From positions 1 to 64,000 of the IMG/VR virus record IMGVR_UViG_2904156775_000002: a DNA stretch of 64,000 nt. The stretch is one strand, 5' to 3'. Source of the DNA: a virus (taxonomy: Duplodnaviria; Caudoviricetes). Position 1 is the stretch's first letter. Each line of letters starts with the position of its first letter. The position numbers and the translations under genes are program-made. This document shows positions 29,786 through 39,861 of this stretch, piece by piece. The notes beneath the pieces were generated by a model, which worked only from the letters and a program-made list of their open reading frames with translations, was not told where the DNA came from and did not search any database.

Positions 29786-31609
29786 ATGGCTACAGTAGGA
29801 CAGCAATTGCCTATACCAGAAGTAGGATGGAAAAGAATTGACGATATCAATCCTAGTATTAAATATGCTGGAACAGGATGGACTTCGGTGGCGCGTGACC
29901 CAAATACATACGCTGGTACAGGTACTTACACGACGCTATCTGGTGCTACTAACAATTCTATTCGATTTAGTTTTTATGGAACCAAGATTAGGATTATTGA
30001 CTTGTATTGGACGAATAGGGTTATCAATGTAAACATAAGCATTGATGGTATAATTTCATCTTGGAACCCAAATAATTCTATAAATCTATATAAGATGCTT
30101 GTGTTTGAGTCATTGAATTTACCTTTAGCAACACATGAAGTTGTAATAACAACAAATAGTACAAGCGGTATTTTTTCAATAGATGCTATTGACATTGATT
30201 CAGATGGTCGTTTAATCCATCCTGACGAAGTATTTAAATTAAATGATTTAACTGTAGGCAAACGTATCAGATGCAACTATAAGGCTTCCTCTAATGCTGT
30301 AGGCTCTTTCAGTGGAATAGGAGTGGAAACTAAGGACTTCATACCTGTAGCTTCTTCCGCTACACCAGATGGAGATTTTTATTTCATTATGGTGGAAGAT
30401 TGGAATAGAAGGAAGAGATTGATTGCTGACAGAAACATTCAACACAGTATATCTTGGGACACATTGAATATGTTTGGTCTTACGACTGGAAATAGGGTTG
30501 AAATTACATTAGATGATGGCACAAGGGTTGATCCAAACATTCGTCTTTTAACAGGTGGCACAACTGCTACGGATAAAGATAATGAGTGGGACAAATATAT
30601 TGTCAACTCCACATTAAACAATACGATCATTGCAGGAGATAATAATGTATGGAACTGGAATGTGGGAATTACATCTTGGACTACAACAACTCCGGCAAAC
30701 AATCCTTCTCTTAGAGTCAGAAGAGGGTATAACTCTTCGGTAAACACTTGGCTAGGAGATGCGCCAAGTAGTGGTGGGAACTATCTGTCATATAGTGCAT
30801 TTCGACCAATGATGATAATTGAAATTCCCTTATCATACACATTATTTTATAATAATGGAGAATATAAGAGGTGGATAGAAGGGAATAAAGAGGTTAAAAG
30901 TTCATATACAGATGATTTAGTTCCTAAAATGATATCAAATAACTCTCCATATGGTGTAGTTAGAGCGAGTTCAACTTATGCATCAGTATCCCCATATTTA
31001 GCGTTTGACGATTCAAACACTACCGAAGCAAGCGCTTGGATAACAAATGCTACAAAGGCTGGATGGCTTGAATATGAATTTATTTCGCCAAAAATTATCA
31101 CTAAATACACATTAGCAAGTCAAAAATTTAGTGGTGGCTCTACTGTTTCTGAATTGTTTGCGAGAGCACCTAAATCATGGACTTTCGAAGGCTCCAATGA
31201 TGGTGTTATGTGGGACATTTTAGACACACAAACAAATGTTAGTGTATGGAGAGATGGTGTGAAAAGTGAGTTCGCAATAACCAACACGCAGTCATACCTA
31301 AAATATAGAATTAATATTACTGAAAATAATGGTTCTACATTTACTGCAATTGGTGAGTTTGAAATGCTTGGCACGATTCCTGCCGTTCCTGCAACACCAT
31401 CTTATTGGAAAACAGTTTCGAGAACATTGCCTAGCGTAGACACTTTTATAAGTGACGGAATGGATTCATACCTATCGTCTCTCGTTAGAAAGATAAAAAA
31501 AACTGAGCAGACCATGACTGGTGGTAGCGCATTGGGTTCTGGTAAAATGTTCAGATCAACTATTGACTTGAAAAAATGGATTGATATTAGAGGCATAAAG
31601 GTGAAGTAG
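29786..31609 (+). CDS. Multidomain adhesin with F5/8 type C (discoidin) domain
   Basis: GWKRIDD jelly-roll domain, LIADRNIQ domain, WLEYEF...APKSWTFEGSNDG..W.ILD discoidin motif. Confidence 0.75.
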   Translation: MATVGQQLPIPEVGWKRIDDINPSIKYAGTGWTSVARDPNTYAGTGTYTTLSGATNNSIRFSFYGTKIRIIDLYWTNRVINVNISIDGIISSWNPNNSINLYKMLVFESLNLPLATHEVVITTNSTSGIFSIDAIDIDSDGRLIHPDEVFKLNDLTVGKRIRCNYKASSNAVGSFSGIGVETKDFIPVASSATPDGDFYFIMVEDWNRRKRLIADRNIQHSISWDTLNMFGLTTGNRVEITLDDGTRVDPNIRLLTGGTTATDKDNEWDKYIVNSTLNNTIIAGDNNVWNWNVGITSWTTTTPANNPSLRVRRGYNSSVNTWLGDAPSSGGNYLSYSAFRPMMIIEIPLSYTLFYNNGEYKRWIEGNKEVKSSYTDDLVPKMISNNSPYGVVRASSTYASVSPYLAFDDSNTTEASAWITNATKAGWLEYEFISPKIITKYTLASQKFSGGSTVSELFARAPKSWTFEGSNDGVMWDILDTQTNVSVWRDGVKSEFAITNTQSYLKYRINITENNGSTFTAIGEFEMLGTIPAVPATPSYWKTVSRTLPSVDTFISDGMDSYLSSLVRKIKKTEQTMTGGSALGSGKMFRSTIDLKKWIDIRGIKVK

Positions 31610-31630
31610 GGCTACTGCTCTACTTCTTTT
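31603..31630 (+). terminator. Intrinsic terminator
   Basis: GAAGTAGGGC-TACT-GCTCTACTTC followed by a T-run. Confidence 0.6.
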
Positions 31631-31660
31631 CTTTTTTATGACAATAAGATTGGATGTGGG

Positions 31661-32803
31661 ATGATGGCAACATTAGGTTCTTCTTTAACTGCTCCTGAGA
31701 GTGGATGGCAAAGATTTGATGATGATGATGGTAATATTGTATACGACAGCACTTGGGTAAGCTGGTCTGGTGCAAATTTTTATAAAGCAATGTCCTATTA
31801 TACTAGAAATGCAAATGGAATGGTTACAATACCCTTTTATGGAAGTGGATTTCGCTTAATATCTGCAACAAATCATGATTGTGCTTCAAATGTTAGGATT
31901 GAAATTGATGGTGTAGCTGAAACAATTAGCACAGCGTCCACTCTTGTATACCAAGCCTTGGTTTATGAGAAAACAGGGCTTTCAATTGGAAATCATACAG
32001 CAATTATAACAAATGTCAGTGGCGGTGTTCTCTATATAGACGCGATTGATGTAGATGTGAATGGTGGTTTAGGAATCGGATTTGACCATAATATACTATT
32101 TTTTTCTGAACCTAACACAGCATTTTCAATTGAATCAAATCCTAATCAGACAGTTAATGCAATACCAAAAATGACTAGCAACACAGTTCCAAGTGGCGTG
32201 GTAAGCGCAAGCACTACTAGGGTTGGATGGGAGCCATACATGTCATTTGACAGGATAGACACAGATGGAAATGGCTGGACTACGAACGAAGGTGTTAAAA
32301 CAGGTTGGTTAGCATATGAATTCCCCGAATCCATATGTATTGACACATATACAATTACCGCACATTATAGCGCATCCTGGGTGAATCTAGCACCAAGAGA
32401 TTGGACTTTTGAAGGTTCTTTGGATGGAATTAATTGGAAAGTACTGGAAACAAGAGTGAATGAGATAGCGTGGGGTCCAAAAGAGAAAAGAACATTCTCT
32501 GTTAGAAACACAAGAAAGTTCAAGAAATATCGAATCAATATAACTGCTATAAATGGTGGAAATTACTTAAACATAAATGAAGTGGAAATGTTTAAAGGTG
32601 GAGCAACACTGATTTCTATCAGGGATAGTGTAGTAGAAAGTGATTTTTTAAACTATGGTTTAAACCTTCAAACACAGAAAACGGATGTAATGTTTATAGA
32701 TATTTTACAGAAAAAGAGAAATAGCACAACGTTAGGTTCTGGAAAAACATTCACACATACTGTTGACTTAAATAAATTTAGAATCAATTCAATCAAACTG
32801 TAA
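31661..32803 (+). CDS. Adhesin with F5/8 type C (discoidin) domain
   Basis: GWQRFDD domain plus WLAYEF...APRDWTFEGSLDGINW. Confidence 0.75.
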   Translation: MMATLGSSLTAPESGWQRFDDDDGNIVYDSTWVSWSGANFYKAMSYYTRNANGMVTIPFYGSGFRLISATNHDCASNVRIEIDGVAETISTASTLVYQALVYEKTGLSIGNHTAIITNVSGGVLYIDAIDVDVNGGLGIGFDHNILFFSEPNTAFSIESNPNQTVNAIPKMTSNTVPSGVVSASTTRVGWEPYMSFDRIDTDGNGWTTNEGVKTGWLAYEFPESICIDTYTITAHYSASWVNLAPRDWTFEGSLDGINWKVLETRVNEIAWGPKEKRTFSVRNTRKFKKYRINITAINGGNYLNINEVEMFKGGATLISIRDSVVESDFLNYGLNLQTQKTDVMFIDILQKKRNSTTLGSGKTFTHTVDLNKFRINSIKL

Positions 32804-32841
32804 ATGGAAGAGACATTTTATTGAGATAGGGGAGTGAGAGT

Positions 32842-33954
32842 GTGGCTACAATAGGACAACCATTAACCTCACCAGAAACAGGATGGAAGAGGTATGACAA
32901 TACTAACGCTAATTTTAAGTATATAGGAACTTGGACGCACGATACAGGGTCATTTTACAATTCAACAAGAAGTTGGACTAGCTCTAATGATAGTAAGTTA
33001 GTTTTGAAGTTCCGAGGAACAAGTATAAGGATTTTATCCTATATGAACCAAGACAGAGGGGATGCTTCTATAACGATAGATGGTGTAGGATATACTTACT
33101 CAGGTTATAGTTTAGCGGCAGGCACAGGAGGGACGTATCAAGGACTAGTGTACGAAAATACAAGCCTTTCTGAAAGCGAACATACAGTTGTAATTCAAAA
33201 GAAGAGTGGTTCTTTTTTGGATATTGATGCTTTTGATTTCAGTGAAAGCAGCGAACTCCTAGCCCCTCCGAGAGTAATAGGTGAGCAATTAACTGCGCCA
33301 GAAGCAGGATGGAAAAGGTATGACAATAAGGACTCTAACATTAAATTCACTGGAACTTGGAATAGTTATGCCAATGTTGGTTACAGTAGCGGCGAGTTGA
33401 CAGGAGCAAATGTAGTGGGAAATAAGATTGAGTTTTCGTTTAAAGGAACTATGATTCGTATAATAGATGAGGGATTTACCAATAGGTCATCTGTGATCTC
33501 TATTACTATAGATGGCGTAACTGAAACCTATAGTGCCTATCGGTCTTCATCACAAAACCAAACACTTGTATATGAGAAGACAGGTCTATCGAATAAATTC
33601 CATACTGTAACTATTGAACTAAAGGAAGCGAGTAAATGGATAGGCTTAGATGCTATAGATATAGATGCTACAGGAGAACTGAGAGAACCATACAATAAAT
33701 TCTTGATTTCTTCTAATAGTAGTATATACTCCCTAAGTGAAGAGAATGGGAAGAATGTTCTGATCAATGTCTCTAGCGCATCCGAAAATAACTTTATTAA
33801 ACATGGATTCATTGCAACGAGTATTAATTTTATTGGTTTTTTTAAAGATAAAAGTTTTGTTTCTCAAACGAATATCGAAATAGGTGCAGGACGAGTTTTT
33901 AAACAATCTATAAACACTGAACCTATACCCATAAAAAATATGAGTATAGAATGA
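32842..33954 (+). CDS. Adhesin with tandem GWKRYDN jelly-roll domains
   Basis: Internal duplication IGQPLTSPETGWKRYDN / IGEQLTAPEAGWKRYDN. Confidence 0.7.
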   Translation: MATIGQPLTSPETGWKRYDNTNANFKYIGTWTHDTGSFYNSTRSWTSSNDSKLVLKFRGTSIRILSYMNQDRGDASITIDGVGYTYSGYSLAAGTGGTYQGLVYENTSLSESEHTVVIQKKSGSFLDIDAFDFSESSELLAPPRVIGEQLTAPEAGWKRYDNKDSNIKFTGTWNSYANVGYSSGELTGANVVGNKIEFSFKGTMIRIIDEGFTNRSSVISITIDGVTETYSAYRSSSQNQTLVYEKTGLSNKFHTVTIELKEASKWIGLDAIDIDATGELREPYNKFLISSNSSIYSLSEENGKNVLINVSSASENNFIKHGFIATSINFIGFFKDKSFVSQTNIEIGAGRVFKQSINTEPIPIKNMSIE

Positions 33955-33988
33955 TCGTTTCATTTAGATAAGAAAAGGAGTTGGGGGA

Positions 33989-36112
33989 ATGGCTAACTGG
34001 AATCCCAATAAAAAAGGTGCTAATGTTACACTTTCCAATGGCAACATAACAGCAACTATATCTGGAAGAGAGGGGGTGTTTGCAACTAGTGGAAAGACAA
34101 CTGGAAAATATTACTTTGAAGTTATTCATGATAGTGGCCCCCGAATTCTATCGATCGGAATCGCTAACGAGATAGCGCCAACAAATGCTACTTGGGTTTT
34201 TCAACAGTCGGGAGTATATTATGGAAATGAAGGTCGACTTTATGGGTTCACTGGCAGTTCTACTAGTGGCACTCCATATGGAAGTACATTTACAGTAGGA
34301 GATGTAATTGGAGTTGCCTTTGATGTTGACGCGAAAACTATCGAGTACTTCAAAAATGGAGTTTCACAGGGTCAAATTACTCATTTATTAACAGGTTCGC
34401 AGTTTTATGCATTTATAAGCAGAGGTAGTACTAGTGGAACTATAACTGCTACAGGTAGATTTTCTATTAATTCTTTTCAGTATCCTATCCCTGCGGGATT
34501 CAGTCCATATGATGAATATCGGGTACTTGTTTACAATAATGGTTGGAAGAAGTGGAACTCAAACCTTTTAAGTTGGGTAACTGTTACAATTTCCAACCCC
34601 ACTGAAACTGACTTTAATTCTGGAATGTCTGATTATGAGTTGTCTTTGATTCCAGAGACAGCTTGGAGTCAATTGATTGGCGAAATTGAAATTAATGCAT
34701 TCACATCAAATCAGGATAAAACAGAGGTATTATTTAATGTTGAAACTGAACCATTTACATTGTCACAAGAATGGGATGGAAAGCAGATTCAAATTATCGA
34801 ATTTACTGATGATGCTAACAAAACAGAATCGAGTATTTTGTTAGAGACAGAGCCATTTATGCTTGAAGACTACCTGTCAGGCATTGATAAGTTAGATGTA
34901 TTATATTACACCGATGATACTGAGGTAAGTTCTCCAACTTTGGAGATTGAAGCTAACTATAGTCCTTTAGATGAACTTGGCGATTTCGACATTGTAACGT
35001 GGGTGGAAGATGACAAGGTTAAACCAACAGTTGGAATCAACGCGTTACCTATAGGACAAGTTTTATTTAATGAAAATACTATTGAGAGATATATTGACAT
35101 TGAATCTTTTGTCGCAACTATCGAATCTTCTAATGCAGATGCCAGTTTGATTAGATTCTTCCTATCATTTGATGGAGGATTGTCGTGGAAATCATTTAGG
35201 AACAACTATTGGAAGGAGGGGAAAGATGCTGACTTGACCAATAAATCATTAGTTAGAAGATATGGCATGAGTGCAAATGACTTGATGAGCATTCCTGAGT
35301 CCGAAATTAATCGTATGGTTGATGGCGAATTCAGGATTGGCTACTACATCGAAGAAAGAGCATGGACTGATGAAAATGAGAAGATTACAGAGGTAAGTTA
35401 CAAAGGTACTGCCTATGTTGATGATGTGAAATTCTCAGACTTAGCCTTCTATATCTTAAACACAAAAGCAACAATCAATATTATATTCGCCGGAAATAAA
35501 GTGCAAGGTGTTCTTGATGACGAAGATAAAGGTAAAGTTCAATATCGAATCCTTCTTAATGGCGACCCCTATTTCCCTGTGAATGGTGAGTTCACTAGGC
35601 TTCTACCTTCCCCATTCCAACTGAATGTTGTAGTTGATGATAAGCGAATCAAATTTGGGGAGCAAAATTCCATAATCGTAGAATTTAAAGACTATTGGGG
35701 AGAAGTTGATTCATGGAGTTCGACCTTTATAGGTACACACTCAGGATTGGTGTTTACAGATGAAATGGGCAACTTCTTTACCACAGCTTTTGGTGAAGTG
35801 TTGAAATATCTTGATTTTGGTGAAATTATTGCTGGACAGACAACATTAGACCAAAAGGTTATCTTAAAAAATAATATTGGTTATCCAGTAAAAAATGTTC
35901 AACTGACAGCAAGTTATGCTGATAGTGATGTAGCAATTGAAATGTCAAAAGAGCACTCTCCGTTTGAATCACATTCCGAATTGCTATATCCAGACGTTTT
36001 GGATATAAACGAAGAGATTCCTTTTTACGTAAGGATTAGCACCAAACTGACTGCATCACCAAATGCTAATGGAGAGTTTGAAATAAGATTGAATGCAGAC
36101 AGGGTGATTTAG
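33989..36112 (+). CDS. SPRY-domain tail-associated protein with acidic C-terminal region
   Basis: WNPNKKG....LSNGN, GKYYFEV, YGSTFTVGDVIGVAFD......YFKNGVSQG. Confidence 0.8.
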   Translation: MANWNPNKKGANVTLSNGNITATISGREGVFATSGKTTGKYYFEVIHDSGPRILSIGIANEIAPTNATWVFQQSGVYYGNEGRLYGFTGSSTSGTPYGSTFTVGDVIGVAFDVDAKTIEYFKNGVSQGQITHLLTGSQFYAFISRGSTSGTITATGRFSINSFQYPIPAGFSPYDEYRVLVYNNGWKKWNSNLLSWVTVTISNPTETDFNSGMSDYELSLIPETAWSQLIGEIEINAFTSNQDKTEVLFNVETEPFTLSQEWDGKQIQIIEFTDDANKTESSILLETEPFMLEDYLSGIDKLDVLYYTDDTEVSSPTLEIEANYSPLDELGDFDIVTWVEDDKVKPTVGINALPIGQVLFNENTIERYIDIESFVATIESSNADASLIRFFLSFDGGLSWKSFRNNYWKEGKDADLTNKSLVRRYGMSANDLMSIPESEINRMVDGEFRIGYYIEERAWTDENEKITEVSYKGTAYVDDVKFSDLAFYILNTKATINIIFAGNKVQGVLDDEDKGKVQYRILLNGDPYFPVNGEFTRLLPSPFQLNVVVDDKRIKFGEQNSIIVEFKDYWGEVDSWSSTFIGTHSGLVFTDEMGNFFTTAFGEVLKYLDFGEIIAGQTTLDQKVILKNNIGYPVKNVQLTASYADSDVAIEMSKEHSPFESHSELLYPDVLDINEEIPFYVRISTKLTASPNANGEFEIRLNADRVI

Positions 36113-36144
36113 TCTCAATACAATGAGATTGGAAGTGGACAACC

Positions 36145-37860
36145 ATGGACGATGAATATGAGTACGACTTAGAAGCTATTTTTGCGGTCAGGACACTCTC
36201 AAATAAAATTGAGGGTGTTTTTAAGCTATATGCGGTTGATGATTCAGATATAGAAACGTCATTCGTTGTTGCAACAAGAGACAACAGTGATTTGGACATG
36301 GAGTTATCTGTAAAGGTACGCAGAGAAGCAGATTTGAATAGCACCTTCGATGTAAAGTACAGAGATAGCGACGATATTGAAGCTACATTTGAAGTTGTTG
36401 GCTCTTCTTATTTGGAGTCCACGTTGGAAATCAGACCCAATAACAGAATGTTCGGCAGATTTGAACTGCTGCCAGCACCAAGAGTAAATCAATTGATTTC
36501 GAGCGTTGAAGATTCAACAACTCGTAGCAGAGAAGACTTGAGAACACTGAACTATGGCGATTCTCAAAAAATGATGATTGGCAGAATTTTTGATGCTGAC
36601 CTTGGAGAAGACTATCTCGAATCCTTTGTTAAATTCGGAGATGTTTCCAAAAACCTAATGGACTTGGCTATACTTGAAGAAGCGAGTCTGAGGTTATATT
36701 ACACAGGCGACTTTTATGACACTGTTAATATAGAGCTTTGTTTGCCAAATCAAAATTGGCAGGAGCGTGGCATTACACATGCGAATAAACCACTTCCAAG
36801 TGAGCTAATAACAGACAAATTTACAATCAACAAAGATAAGCGTTATATTGAATTTGACATTAAAGAGACTTTCATGCATTGGTTCAATGGGGATATTAAA
36901 AACTTTGGTTTCCTGATAAGGTCGAACAACGGTTATTCTACTAGCTTCTATACAAGAGAAAGTAGTCGTCCTCCTGTATTAAACATTAATTATATATCAG
37001 ATCAAGTCTACAGTGCAGGCAGAAGTGAAATTGAATCTACAATGTTCATTATTGGTAAAGGTTACTCTGACATAAACGCAACGTTTGAAGTTCATAGTGA
37101 TTATGGATTTGATGAGCGTGAGGCAACGTTGTATGTTCACAGAGCAGAGGTTCCATTGGAAGAAGATTTGGATTCCTTGATTGCGATTAGCAAACCAGAC
37201 CAAAACGTAACGTTTAGGATAGCACTTCGAGACGAAGATGATAAAGATATAACCATTGCAGTTATTGCAAAGAAGAATGAAGAGTTTAAGTCTTATATTA
37301 GCGTAAGCAGACCAGAAATTGATGGTATGATTGCGGTTGACCCTAACATTTCAATGCCTATCACCATTGAAGTTAAAGGCGAAGAAAAAGAGGATTTTGT
37401 TTCATTCCTTACTGTCACAAGAGGGAAGATTGAGCTTGGATTCAAAGTTAGGGCGATTGACCATGGTGATTTGAGTTCGACAATTGAAGTTCCTAACTAC
37501 GATTATCTTGACTCTGTAATTACTGTATCGAATCCAGACTTAGAAATGACTTTTGACATCCATACGATTGACCTAAAAGACGTAACATTTGTAGTCAAAG
37601 AGAAAGAATATCTTGATGCTACATTCTTGGTTTACCAGCATAGCAATTTGGATATGTCCTTTGATATTAAATACGCTAACGAGATTGATGCAACGTTCGT
37701 GGTTAGCAAACCAGAACTGTCAGGCTACTTCTATCCTAGGGCAATCGGTGAAGATGAACTTGAATTGACATATCAAATTAGACAATTGGATGCAAGTGAC
37801 TTAGATATATTCCTTACAGTTAAAGGAGAAGACAGCGGAGCGTACTACTTCATACTGTAA
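36145..37860 (+). CDS. DNRLRE/CBM96-like domain protein with acidic beta repeats
   Basis: LNYG, ASLRLY, W.E.GIT..NKP, FYTRES..PP.L.I.Y flanked by many DL.STF.V-type repeats. Confidence 0.7.
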   Translation: MDDEYEYDLEAIFAVRTLSNKIEGVFKLYAVDDSDIETSFVVATRDNSDLDMELSVKVRREADLNSTFDVKYRDSDDIEATFEVVGSSYLESTLEIRPNNRMFGRFELLPAPRVNQLISSVEDSTTRSREDLRTLNYGDSQKMMIGRIFDADLGEDYLESFVKFGDVSKNLMDLAILEEASLRLYYTGDFYDTVNIELCLPNQNWQERGITHANKPLPSELITDKFTINKDKRYIEFDIKETFMHWFNGDIKNFGFLIRSNNGYSTSFYTRESSRPPVLNINYISDQVYSAGRSEIESTMFIIGKGYSDINATFEVHSDYGFDEREATLYVHRAEVPLEEDLDSLIAISKPDQNVTFRIALRDEDDKDITIAVIAKKNEEFKSYISVSRPEIDGMIAVDPNISMPITIEVKGEEKEDFVSFLTVTRGKIELGFKVRAIDHGDLSSTIEVPNYDYLDSVITVSNPDLEMTFDIHTIDLKDVTFVVKEKEYLDATFLVYQHSNLDMSFDIKYANEIDATFVVSKPELSGYFYPRAIGEDELELTYQIRQLDASDLDIFLTVKGEDSGAYYFIL

Positions 37861-37948
37861 TCTATAACTTCAGGAGCTTCTGAATTTTATTGAGAGTCAA
37901 GATAGGTGTTTACAGCAATATCCTGCAATTTATAAGAAATGCGGGATA

Positions 37949-38329
37949 TTGCTTATTTATATTGAAAAAATTAAAGGAGCGGATATTATGTCATTCTACA
38001 CCGATACATATCTGAGGATTTGGGGAAATAAAGATGTGAAAACTGCCACCGTTACTTCGGCCAATAATGGCATTGTAATAAACCTTGAAGATTCAACATC
38101 TTATACAATCGCACTTCCATCTAAACCCTACAAGTGGGACGATGTGCGACGAAAATCCGAATTAGTGGATGAGATTAATGCTCGGCTAAGATTATCTAAT
38201 GCCAAAGTAGAATGTTACATTGGCGGAGTCTCTAAGGATACGAAATACGATTGCTTAGTTTTCAGGGCAACAGGTAACTATAAAGTTTCAAGTGTTGCCG
38301 GTACATTTACCGATGAGTTTTTCAAGTAA
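37949..38329 (+). CDS. Hypothetical protein
   Basis: AAGGAG RBS before ATG 37988 (MSFYTD). Confidence 0.6.
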   Translation: MLIYIEKIKGADIMSFYTDTYLRIWGNKDVKTATVTSANNGIVINLEDSTSYTIALPSKPYKWDDVRRKSELVDEINARLRLSNAKVECYIGGVSKDTKYDCLVFRATGNYKVSSVAGTFTDEFFK

Positions 38330-38361
38330 TTCTATCAAAATCAAGCGTTGTATGAAAATGT

Positions 38362-38391
38362 AAGAGTGTCTATAGAGGCACTCTTTTTTTT
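38362..38391 (+). terminator. Intrinsic terminator before the lysis cassette
   Basis: AAGAGTGTCT/AGGCACTCTT hairpin followed by a T-run. Confidence 0.65.
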
Positions 38392-38395
38392 CTAA

Positions 38396-38863
38396 ATGCT
38401 AGGAGGAGAAAATTTGCAACTAGGAGCCTATATAAACTTTTGGACAACTAAAGAGATCACATTTTACGGCGTTGTGGGAGGGATTGGAACTTATATGTTT
38501 GGAACATTTACAGGCATTTTAGAAGTTCTATTTCTTGCCATGGCATTTGACTGGATTACAGGGGTGACCGCTTCAGTCATTGAAAAGAAAACACTAACAG
38601 CGATTAATAGTAAAAAGAATTTCATTGGTGGAGTGAAGAAATTCTTTATGATCATGATCGTCTTTCTTTCTCATCGTATAGATTTGGCTTTCGATCTAAA
38701 TTGGGTAATGACAGGTGTAATTTATTTTTGGTTAATTAATGAGTTTATCTCTATCTCTGAAAACTTTTCAAGAATGGAAATTCCATTTCCTGCACAATTA
38801 AAGAAGTTTATCGCTATCTTAAAAGATAGATCATCTTACGACGAAAAGAAAAGCAATGAATAA
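38396..38863 (+). CDS. Phage holin (phi29/Cph1, Phage_holin_4-type)
   Basis: DWITG, S.K...G..KK, NE..SI.EN...M.IP.P..L. Likely TTG start at 38414. Confidence 0.9.
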   Translation: MLGGENLQLGAYINFWTTKEITFYGVVGGIGTYMFGTFTGILEVLFLAMAFDWITGVTASVIEKKTLTAINSKKNFIGGVKKFFMIMIVFLSHRIDLAFDLNWVMTGVIYFWLINEFISISENFSRMEIPFPAQLKKFIAILKDRSSYDEKKSNE

Positions 38864-38905
38864 AAGAGAGAAAACAAATTAGTAAATTGAAATGAAGGTG
38901 AACCA

Positions 38906-39745
38906 ATGGCTTTTTTGATGAAGTACGAAGTTAAGCAAAAACTTTTAACAAAAAAAACAAAAAGACGATCTGGTATCTGTATGCCTTCTGTTAAATTCAT
39001 AGTGTCGCATGATACTGGTAATGATGGAAGTACGGCCTTAGGGAACGTGACATACTATGAAAGGTCTAATAATGAAAAAGAAGCATCCGCACATACCTTT
39101 ATTGATGATAAAGATATTATTGAATGCATCCCACTTACAACTGGACAACCAGAAAAAGCGTGGCATGTTTTGTATAATATAACTGAAGATAACAGGCTAT
39201 TTGGCGGAAATGCAAATGATATTGCTGCCGGTGTTGAGCTTTGTTATTCATATACAAAAGGCTCAATAAATAATAAAGAATCGTATAAGAGATATGTTTG
39301 GTATCATGCATATTTATGTTTTAAATATAATATCGATCCTAAAAAGAATATATGCGGTCACAATGAATTGGATCCATCACGTAAAACTGATCCATTTAAA
39401 AATGCATTAAAGATAATGAATATCAGTAAAGCTCAATTTATTGAGGATGTAATAAATGAGTATGATGAATGTACAATTAAGGAGAGTCAACCGATGACAA
39501 TAGAAGAGAAAACAGCTTTCAATAATCTAAAAGATATTGTTGAGAAACAAACAAAAATCATTACTACACTACATTCAACCATTAAATCCCTTCAAGAAAG
39601 AGATAAAATGCCGCAGATCCCTGAGTTCGCTAAGGAAGCAGTTGAAACAGCGGTTAAAGCTGGCTTGGTGGATACACCTGAAGGTGGCTCATATGATTTT
39701 TATCGATTAATTACTGTTCTGCATCGCAATAAATTGATATTTTAG
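38906..39745 (+). CDS. Endolysin, N-acetylmuramoyl-L-alanine amidase (Amidase_2)
   Basis: HDTGN, SAH.FIDD, E.AWH, ELC, GH..LDP.RK.DP. Confidence 0.92.
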   Translation: MAFLMKYEVKQKLLTKKTKRRSGICMPSVKFIVSHDTGNDGSTALGNVTYYERSNNEKEASAHTFIDDKDIIECIPLTTGQPEKAWHVLYNITEDNRLFGGNANDIAAGVELCYSYTKGSINNKESYKRYVWYHAYLCFKYNIDPKKNICGHNELDPSRKTDPFKNALKIMNISKAQFIEDVINEYDECTIKESQPMTIEEKTAFNNLKDIVEKQTKIITTLHSTIKSLQERDKMPQIPEFAKEAVETAVKAGLVDTPEGGSYDFYRLITVLHRNKLIF

Positions 39746-39861
39746 TTTTCTGTTCCAATTTATAATTTAGTGTTTTTTATGATCAGCTTAGCATAAATAG
39801 TTATAAACGAGATACTAATATGGCTAGGAAAGCATGTGGATTTAAAGGAAAAACACTGAAA

